Positions 28,094 to 34,799 of a stretch of 64,000 nt of DNA are shown piece by piece. Within the stretch, counting starts at the first letter, position 1. Every line of letters begins with the position of its first letter. Below the pieces are notes generated by a model. That model searched no databases. It was not told where the DNA came from and saw nothing but the letters and a program-made list of their open reading frames with translations. This stretch comes from an uncultured virus (IMG/VR IMGVR_UViG_3300043099_000071) (lineage: Duplodnaviria; Heunggongvirae; Uroviricota; Caudoviricetes), in IMG/VR virus record IMGVR_UViG_3300043099_000071; one strand, given 5' to 3'. The position numbers and the translations under genes are program-made.

Positions 28094-29002
28094 TCACAGA
28101 CCGAACTTCTTCATGATGTCATCGACATCACTCTTGACCGTAGCGCGCAGCGAGTCGCTATCACGCAGTGCTTTGATGTTCACGCCACCCAGTACACGAG
28201 CGAGGTCAGACCGTATGCCTTCCAACTTCTCGTCGTTGGCCGGGTTGAAATGTTTGAACAGATCGCAGTACTCGATGGCCTTCTCTAGCGTGGACTCGTG
28301 TAGCCGACGACGTGTGACCTTGGTCTCGCCGTTCTCACCCTCACGCACATCGACCTCGCAGCAGTGGCTGATCGACTGCATGACCTTGGACAACTGTGCC
28401 AACTGACGATCCGCCGTCTCTGATATGAACCGCTCAGCCTGACGCGAGTAGTGATCGCTCAACTGTGCAGCAATGTCGGTCGATATCTTCTGACCAAAGT
28501 CAGACTCAGGGATGCTCTGCACAAACAAGTTGATGCTGAACCGGCTACGCACAAACTCCACGTCGGGATAATCAGACGGGTCGTACATCCTGCCCTGCAT
28601 AGTGAATGCGTAGTTCGCCTTGATGTCGTTGTATGCAAGACAAAACGCATCGACCAGTCGATCAAACTCAGGCTTGATCGTGCTCTCAAACTCGTTCATC
28701 ACGTTGGCGATGTCATACGTCGGGATCAGACCAGACGAACCCACATACGGCCACGACTTAGTTTTGAACCAGTTGTAGGTGCGGCTGCGGTACTTGAGGA
28801 TGGCCTCGTGTTCCTTGCACCCGGCAAGCAAGTTCTTCTGCACCTTGGCACTGCCAGAGGCTGCGCCCTTCGACGCCGTGACCTCTTCGCTCAGCATGTC
28901 GTCCTGCTTCTGGCCGAGCCACACACGGATCTCGACGTTGCCTTGGACTGCACAATCTCGCAGCGTAGTGATGTGCTGCGGTGTCGAAAGTTCGACGCTC
29001 AT
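28094..29002 (-). CDS. DUF3150-like protein
   Basis: 302 aa, KNLL, YDPSDYPD...RFS pattern; typical neighbour of the AAA + DUF2201 pair. Confidence 0.6.
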   Translation of the reverse strand: MSVELSTPQHITTLRDCAVQGNVEIRVWLGQKQDDMLSEEVTASKGAASGSAKVQKNLLAGCKEHEAILKYRSRTYNWFKTKSWPYVGSSGLIPTYDIANVMNEFESTIKPEFDRLVDAFCLAYNDIKANYAFTMQGRMYDPSDYPDVEFVRSRFSINLFVQSIPESDFGQKISTDIAAQLSDHYSRQAERFISETADRQLAQLSKVMQSISHCCEVDVREGENGETKVTRRRLHESTLEKAIEYCDLFKHFNPANDEKLEGIRSDLARVLGGVNIKALRDSDSLRATVKSDVDDIMKKFGL

Positions 29003-29027
29003 CGTTGTATCTCCTCTGTACTGTTGT

Positions 29028-29047
29028 GCCTTACAAACTTGTAAGGC
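29028..29047. promoter_or_regulatory. Palindrome copy 2
   Basis: GCCTTACAAACTTGTAAGGC. Confidence 0.85.
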
Positions 29048-29085
29048 GGGGTGTTGTCATGTCGGGCTACCACCCGACGATTAAT

Positions 29086-29114
29086 ATGTTAACAAATGTA
29101 TACTAATGAGTCAA
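29086..29114 (-). promoter_or_regulatory. Sigma70-type early promoter
   Basis: Minus strand TTGACT-17 bp-TAACAT with extended -10 TG; near-identical copy at 30995-31023. Confidence 0.8.
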
Positions 29115-29539
29115 ACAGTTGGCCACACATACGGCAGGTCGGGTGGCTCCTCCCATTTGAATTGTCCGTAGTACTCCGGGTCTTTGCGTAGCAGGTTGCT
29201 GCGGTGCGAGGCATGGACTGAGTCATCACCTAGCCAACGTGGCGGCATGAACGTGCGACCGTCCTCCTCGTATTGCAGCAGTGCACTGGCAAAGAAGTCA
29301 TGCAGCGTGTCCTTGTACCCACGACGCTGCCACTCCCAACACATGGCCGCACCGTACTGGCAGAGACTCACCTCGTGGCCACGCCACATCTTGGTAGCCG
29401 GGTGATTGACCCAGCCTCCACTTGTTTTGGCCAAGGCAAGCAGAATCTGCTTCGTTTCGACACGTTGTTTGCCCAGTCTTTTGTAGTCCAACAGCCGAGC
29501 GGACTCGTTGTAGGACGGTGATGGTAGGAACGTTTGCAT
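29111..29539 (-). CDS. Pyrimidine-dimer DNA glycosylase-like protein (MSMEG_6728 type)
   Basis: MQTFLP, LDYKRLGKQRVE, HPATKMWRG, SHRSNLLRKDP, YVWP. Confidence 0.85.
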   Translation of the reverse strand: MQTFLPSPSYNESARLLDYKRLGKQRVETKQILLALAKTSGGWVNHPATKMWRGHEVSLCQYGAAMCWEWQRRGYKDTLHDFFASALLQYEEDGRTFMPPRWLGDDSVHASHRSNLLRKDPEYYGQFKWEEPPDLPYVWPTV

Positions 29540-29541
29540 GA

Positions 29542-29877
29542 TTACTTTCTCCCCCAGTTGACCCACTCGTCACGGTTGGGCGGCTCGACAATCTGTCCTG
29601 CTACATTCTGCCGCTCCTCCCCCTTGCCCTGTTGCGACTCGATCACCTTGCGTATCAGGTCGTTGACCTTGTCCTCAAAATCCAACGCGCCTTGATTACC
29701 ACCGTTGACGATGAAGGTATTACGATCCTTCGCCCATATCAGGTAGTGATCAAACAGCAGATGGACGCTCCACTCTGAAGTAGCAATGGGGTCTTCCTTC
29801 ATTGCCTTCATGTACATCACATCGCCGAGACGCTTGGCATCTTCAGCATCACGCTTCCACTGTTCTTCGCTCATCAC
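29542..29877 (-). CDS. Hypothetical protein
   Basis: 111 aa with GAGGAG RBS. Confidence 0.6.
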   Translation of the reverse strand: MMSEEQWKRDAEDAKRLGDVMYMKAMKEDPIATSEWSVHLLFDHYLIWAKDRNTFIVNGGNQGALDFEDKVNDLIRKVIESQQGKGEERQNVAGQIVEPPNRDEWVNWGRK

Positions 29878-30077
29878 ACGTTCTCCTCATAAATCGTCCA
29901 ATCCAACGGCAGTGACTTGACGGAGTAGTCCTTTTCGCTGCCACCCAGTCTGTAATCCGCCATGTATCGCGGCACTGCTGCCTGTGCAGATTCCCTTGTG
30001 CTATGGACGGAGAGAAGTATCAGCACGTTGTCGTCGTGCCACATCTCCACCACATGAACCATCTGTCTCTCGCTCAT
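29874..30077 (-). CDS. Hypothetical protein (start MSERQ)
   Basis: GAGGAG RBS before the ATG at 30077. Confidence 0.6.
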   Translation of the reverse strand: MSERQMVHVVEMWHDDNVLILLSVHSTRESAQAAVPRYMADYRLGGSEKDYSVKSLPLDWTIYEENV

Positions 30078-30091
30078 CTTCGTTCTCCTCT

Positions 30092-30111
30092 GCCTTACAA
30101 ATTTGTAACCC
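30092..30111. promoter_or_regulatory. Palindrome copy 3 (imperfect)
   Basis: GCCTTACAAATTTGTAACCC, abutting the RBS. Confidence 0.75.
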
Positions 30112-30116
30112 ATGCC

Positions 30117-30917
30117 TCACGCAGCCAACGCTGCGTCACGCTTTTTGATGTTGGCCATGACGGCGAACCCACCATGTGCCGGGATATAGACCGAGCCACG
30201 ACGCGATGAGGCTGTGCCATCACACGCACGACACTGGGCACAGGTCAGTTTCTTCCCTGCCTCTGCGGACGCAGGACACAAAGCCTCGTTGTCTTGCCGA
30301 GCGGGATGCGAGGGCAGCCCTACCCGGAACGTGCGCCATCCCTGTGACTGTGCTGCGCGAGACTCCTCTGGCGTGTCTGCCGATGCCATGCAATAACGTT
30401 GCAGGGGTTTGATGTTGGGGTTGCGCCACTGATGCGTGTACCCGGTATGCCCGGACGAGCCAAGTAGCAGCGAGTCCCACACCTGAATCGGCACAGCAGC
30501 CGGGTCACCATATGTGCCGAGTCTGACGATGCGACCTTTGGTGAGGTGGGGTTCTGCATTGTCATCCCACACGGGATAGCCGCCACGGAGATAAGTGTTG
30601 TAGACCGAGGTCGCACCCTGCCCGAGATTGACGTAGCAGGTACGTCCGACGTTTTTGGATTGGCCATCACTGTTCACCACGATGCTGCCACGATGCACAC
30701 AAGTACCACACACGGACGAGTCTGCACCTGACTGCGCTGCGGCAATGGGCGCGAGGTCACGCCTGATGATGTAGGTCTGGATCATGTCGCCGGTCTTGCG
30801 ATTGCTGCTGCCTGCGCCAAACCCGATAGCGATCACCACGATGGGTGCGCCGTCTAGCATGGACTCGCCTTCGTAAATGATGCGGCCGTTGCTCTCACTT
30901 GTTTTGATCTTGCTCAT
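30117..30917 (-). CDS. Cys-rich early protein, possibly Fe-S / radical-SAM-like fold (start MSKIK)
   Basis: NRKTG, CGTC...CYV, RLGTYGDP, GYTHQW, CPA...CAQCRAC. Confidence 0.6.
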   Translation of the reverse strand: MSKIKTSESNGRIIYEGESMLDGAPIVVIAIGFGAGSSNRKTGDMIQTYIIRRDLAPIAAAQSGADSSVCGTCVHRGSIVVNSDGQSKNVGRTCYVNLGQGATSVYNTYLRGGYPVWDDNAEPHLTKGRIVRLGTYGDPAAVPIQVWDSLLLGSSGHTGYTHQWRNPNIKPLQRYCMASADTPEESRAAQSQGWRTFRVGLPSHPARQDNEALCPASAEAGKKLTCAQCRACDGTASSRRGSVYIPAHGGFAVMANIKKRDAALAA

Positions 30918-30936
30918 CGTCGGTACCTCGTGCTGT

Positions 30937-30956
30937 GCCTTACAAGTTTGTAAGGC
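30937..30956. promoter_or_regulatory. Palindrome copy 4
   Basis: GCCTTACAAGTTTGTAAGGC. Confidence 0.85.
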
Positions 30957-30994
30957 GTTGTTACTGTGAGGTGGGAATGTCCACCACGGAAGAT

Positions 30995-31023
30995 ATGTTA
31001 ACAAATCTATACTAATGAGTCAA
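30995..31023 (-). promoter_or_regulatory. Sigma70-type early promoter
   Basis: Minus strand TTGACT-17 bp-TAACAT; one mismatch to the 29086-29114 copy. Confidence 0.8.
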
Positions 31024-31039
31024 ATGGCGTTGTGGCCGT

Positions 31040-31059
31040 GCCTTACAAGTTTGTAAGGC
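31040..31059. promoter_or_regulatory. Palindrome copy 5
   Basis: GCCTTACAAGTTTGTAAGGC. Confidence 0.85.
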
Positions 31060-31060
31060 T

Positions 31061-31515
31061 TTGTGCCGGTTGTGTCTGAGTTTGTGTCAGGCTGGCTTTA
31101 TATATGAAACGGGATTTGGGGTGGCTGAGCCGAACGGAAAAGGAGAGAAGTAGTAGTAAGTTATTGATTTTATTAGTTAGTAGTTTATATATAGATAGAT
31201 AGTAAGTAAGACAGAGGGGGTGTTTGTTCCGTTGTTCCAGAGAATTTGAGAGAGAGTGATTCCCCTTTTGGAAGTTTACGATTCGCACTGCCTCGCCTCG
31301 GCTGCCTCTTGGCATCGCTTTCCCCCGCCCTGCCTCGCAAAACCCGGCACAACTGGCACAAACGTCGTTTTCTCGAGTTAAATCAAGCACTTACCTTGTT
31401 CCAGACAAGTCGAGTTCTGGCACAAACTTTGTTCCACGGCACAAAACGTGGCGGAGAAGGGCTTGCGGCAGAGGGAACTGGTCTCGGGAACTGGCTTCGC
31501 CAGTAACTGGTCTCG
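31061..31515. other. Candidate replication origin: non-coding, AT-rich core, short iterated repeats, two IHF consensus sites
   Basis: WATCAANNNNTTR matches at 31157-31169 (-) and 31381-31393 (+); GGCACAA, TTGTTCC and AACTGG repeats. Confidence 0.5.
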
Positions 31516-31582
31516 CGGCGATGCGGCCTGACGGCCGATCGCGCTCACATTTCGTTGACGCGGCCTCACGCGATCACGAGAC

Positions 31583-31611
31583 AAAAAAAAAGCCCCGTCT
31601 CGCGACGGGGC
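31583..31611 (-). terminator. Rho-independent terminator
   Basis: GCCCCGTC/GACGGGGC stem followed by T9 on the minus strand. Confidence 0.9.
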
Positions 31612-31640
31612 CAACATGATCAATCTGATGTGGGATTGTG

Positions 31641-32330
31641 TTACTGAACAGCGGCCGGGGCTTCGACCGCGACGGCCTTGCGGGGCTTGATCGTCTTCGC
31701 GATCTTGCGGGGCTGATGATCGATCTCGCTCCGGGCTTCATCGATTAGACCGACCAATTGGTTGCGGGCTTCCGTCGCCTGAACAATTCTGGATTGTGGC
31801 GAGAGTTTGCGGAGCGCGGCCATAAGCTGTTCGAGTAGTTGCGGCGCGGACAATTCCGGCGCGGGCTTCGCGGCCTTGCCCTTACCTTTCGCGGCCTTGC
31901 TTCGCTTCATGGCTACTTGTGCGGTCTTGCCAGCCGCGCCCGTCGCGGGCTTGCGCTTAACGTGAGTGTTCACGTATCGCCATGATTTCACGCCGATAGT
32001 CTTATCGGCAGCGCGGTAGGCCTCACCCGAACCAGTCGCATACATGGCGCGGAGCGCGGGCACGTCATAGGCCACACCTTGAACTACGCGAGGGGCAGAC
32101 AAGTACCAGTCAGTGACGATCACCTTGACGGCCTTGCTCACGGCCTTAAATGCGGCCTTGTGTGGTTCGCCGATGAAGCCCTGCGCGTCTTGCAGGGGCT
32201 TTATGTATTCCGCATGGAGCGCGGTCAGTGCGGCCTCTTCATTCGCCCCGGCTTTCAAGCCCGTTTTCACGAGCGCGGTCAGTCGCTTGACGTTCTGGAT
32301 GGTGGCGGCCTTGTTCGTTTTCGTCTTCAT
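31641..32330 (-). CDS. Basic Ala/Lys-rich immediate-early protein
   Basis: 229 aa, GAGG RBS, its own promoter and terminator. Confidence 0.75.
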   Translation of the reverse strand: MKTKTNKAATIQNVKRLTALVKTGLKAGANEEAALTALHAEYIKPLQDAQGFIGEPHKAAFKAVSKAVKVIVTDWYLSAPRVVQGVAYDVPALRAMYATGSGEAYRAADKTIGVKSWRYVNTHVKRKPATGAAGKTAQVAMKRSKAAKGKGKAAKPAPELSAPQLLEQLMAALRKLSPQSRIVQATEARNQLVGLIDEARSEIDHQPRKIAKTIKPRKAVAVEAPAAVQ

Positions 32331-32383
32331 CGTATGTACCTCAGTAGTTGGTTGATATGTGATCGACCTCGATCACGTAGACA

Positions 32384-32412
32384 AGTATAGGCGAGACCGG
32401 GCTATTGGTCAA
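32384..32412 (-). promoter_or_regulatory. Sigma70-type early promoter
   Basis: Minus strand TTGACC-17 bp-TATACT. Confidence 0.8.
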
Positions 32413-32455
32413 GCGCGGCCATGTGACGGGGCTTGCGCGGCCTGATCAGGTGGCC

Positions 32456-32475
32456 GCCTTACAAACTTGTAAGGC
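32456..32475. promoter_or_regulatory. Palindrome copy 6
   Basis: GCCTTACAAACTTGTAAGGC. Confidence 0.85.
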
Positions 32476-32747
32476 ACGATCAAAGAATTCGGCGCGGCTA
32501 TGACATGGTGAACACAATTCAGCCTGGCCATAACGAGATCAAAGAAATCGGGCTAGGCAGACCCCACTACCCCCCGGCCCCCCGCTATACAGTTCGGAGT
32601 CCCGCGCTGCCTACGTACATTTGAATTCACACAAACGATATCCACATTTCCAAAACTTGGCCAAACGACCCCCACCCCCCTGATATAGCAAACCCCCCCC
32701 CGTCATCTTGTTGGTTCCATGCTCACTTTTCTTATATATTGCGCGAC

Positions 32748-33290
32748 ATGGACATACTCGTGCCTGACATCGACGAGGCAGTACCCCTCCCGGCTAGCAT
32801 GGCTGAGGCTCTACCAGACTTGTCTCCATCAGACGAGCTTCAGATGCGGGCCAATACCATCAAGTTTTTCTCGGATCTGACGGGGCAACCGATCAGTCCC
32901 AACGAGGAAGACGCTGCCAGCGCAGTGAGTTTGGCCAAGGAGATGGTCGAGAACCCCAAGGTACGGCCTGATTTCACGAAGTATCCGAACGAAACCATCG
33001 CTCTGTATGCAGGGTTGGCTGCCCGGTACAACCACATGATCGTGGAGGAGCTATCGGACTTCAAACTCTACGTCGTGAACAAGCTATTTGAAGCGGCTGA
33101 GCAGGCCGATGACCTCAAAACTCGCATCAATGCATTGAAAGCACTGGGCGAAGTAGACGGAATTGATGCTTTCAAGAAGCGTAGTGAAGTCACGCACATC
33201 ATCAAGCCCATCGAAGAGGTCGAGAAGGAGCTTCTCTCGGTGCTGGAAGGCATCGAATACACGGTTATTGACGAAAAATCGTGCAACTAA
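32748..33290 (+). CDS. Probable terminase small subunit
   Basis: About 180 aa, helical, immediately upstream of and overlapping terL. Confidence 0.55.
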   Translation: MDILVPDIDEAVPLPASMAEALPDLSPSDELQMRANTIKFFSDLTGQPISPNEEDAASAVSLAKEMVENPKVRPDFTKYPNETIALYAGLAARYNHMIVEELSDFKLYVVNKLFEAAEQADDLKTRINALKALGEVDGIDAFKKRSEVTHIIKPIEEVEKELLSVLEGIEYTVIDEKSCN

Positions 33291-34789
33291 CCCAGCAAAA
33301 CCTGCAAAAACTCAAGGCAGCCCTGCCGACGATGCCAGACAAGGAGAAACGGCGCGTTGCAGAGCTATTAAAGCAGTATCAGCAGCAGTTAACGCAGGCC
33401 AGAGGCAAGGAATCGTTCCTCGACTTCATTCAACACGTGTATCCGGGCTACAAAGTGGGGCCACATCACCATCGTTTGGCCAAAATTTTTGAAGAAATTG
33501 CCGAAGGCAAGAAAAAACGGGTCATCGTGAACATTGCCCCGCGTCATGGTAAGTCGGAGATGATCAGTTACTTGGCTCCTGCGTGGTTTCTCGGCAAATA
33601 CCCGCACAAAAAAGTCATTATGGCCTCGCATACCGCAGACTTGGCGGTGAACTTCGGCAGAAGAGTCAGAAACCTAGTGGGAGCGGAGAACTACCGTGAC
33701 ATCTTTCCTAATGTCGAGCTTCAAGCAGACAGTAAAAGTGCTTCTCGTTGGGGTACAAATTTTAACGGTGAGTATTTTGCTATTGGCGTTGGTGGTGCCT
33801 TGGCTGGTCGGGGTGCTGATTTATTCATTATTGATGATCCTCACTCTGAACAGGAAGCCAAGCAAGGAAGAGCTGACGTATTTGAGCCTGCTTGGGAATG
33901 GTTCCAGTCGGGACCGGTCCAACGACTAATGCCGGGTGGCGCGATCATCGTGGTGATGACGCGGTGGTCGAAGATGGACCTGACCGGCAAGATCGTGGAC
34001 CACATGACACGTGAGGAGCAGGCAGATCAGTGGGAAGTCGTGGAGTTCCCTGCCATCCTGAACGAGAAACCCCTGTGGCCTGAGTTCTGGGACATCAACG
34101 AGCTTCTGGCGAAGAAAGCTTCGATGGACGTGCGGTACTGGCAAGCCCAGTACATGCAGCAGCCGACCTCGGAAGAGGGTGCGCTGATCAAACGAGAATG
34201 GTGGCAGGTCTGGGAGCCAGAGAACCCCCCTCCATGCGAGCACATTATTATGTCGCTCGACGCCGCGCAGGAAAAAACCAACCGGTCAGACTACAACGCT
34301 CTGACCACGTGGGGAGTCTTCTTCAACGAGGAGACCAAGAACTACAACATCATCCTGCTCAACAGTATCAAAGAGCGGCTTGAGTTCCCCGAGCTAAAAC
34401 AGCTTGTGCTGGAGCAGTACAAAGAGTGGGAGCCAGACACGTTCATCGTGGAAAAGAAATCCAACGGTGCAGCCCTGTATCAGGAGATGCGTCGTATGGG
34501 AGTGCCACTGTCAGAGTTCACACCGAGTAAGGGACAAGACAAGATATCCCGTGTTAACGCCGTATCTGACTTGTTTTCTTCAGGTATAGTCTGGGTGCCT
34601 GACCGACGCTGGGCGTGGGAAGTGGTCGAGGAATGCAACGATTTCCCATCAGGTCGCAACGACGACTTGGTGGACTCCACCACATTAGCTCTCCTGCGGT
34701 TCCGTCAGGGAGGGTTCATTCGCTTGCCAACTGACGAGCCTGAACCAACGAAATGGTTCAAGAGCCACAGGCGCGAAGGGTATTACTAG
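33281..34789 (+). CDS. terL: Terminase large subunit
   Basis: APRHGKS Walker A, IIDDP Walker B, MTRW, nuclease motifs SLDAA, VEKK, DDLVDS. Confidence 0.96.
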   Translation: MQLTQQNLQKLKAALPTMPDKEKRRVAELLKQYQQQLTQARGKESFLDFIQHVYPGYKVGPHHHRLAKIFEEIAEGKKKRVIVNIAPRHGKSEMISYLAPAWFLGKYPHKKVIMASHTADLAVNFGRRVRNLVGAENYRDIFPNVELQADSKSASRWGTNFNGEYFAIGVGGALAGRGADLFIIDDPHSEQEAKQGRADVFEPAWEWFQSGPVQRLMPGGAIIVVMTRWSKMDLTGKIVDHMTREEQADQWEVVEFPAILNEKPLWPEFWDINELLAKKASMDVRYWQAQYMQQPTSEEGALIKREWWQVWEPENPPPCEHIIMSLDAAQEKTNRSDYNALTTWGVFFNEETKNYNIILLNSIKERLEFPELKQLVLEQYKEWEPDTFIVEKKSNGAALYQEMRRMGVPLSEFTPSKGQDKISRVNAVSDLFSSGIVWVPDRRWAWEVVEECNDFPSGRNDDLVDSTTLALLRFRQGGFIRLPTDEPEPTKWFKSHRREGYY

Positions 34790-34799
34790 GAGATTTTAA

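Noticed and set aside
29081..29100. ATATGTTAACA as a XerD/dif half-site
   Set aside because: No XerC arm at the right spacing; better explained as the -10 region of a duplicated promoter
31043..31623. ORFs 31043..31390, 31246..31506 and 31378..31623
   Set aside because: Run through low-complexity repeats, IHF sites and a terminator; no RBS; region reads as non-coding
28058..32475. Palindromic repeats as a CRISPR array
   Set aside because: Spacing is irregular (about 100 to 1400 bp) with whole genes between copies; no cas operon
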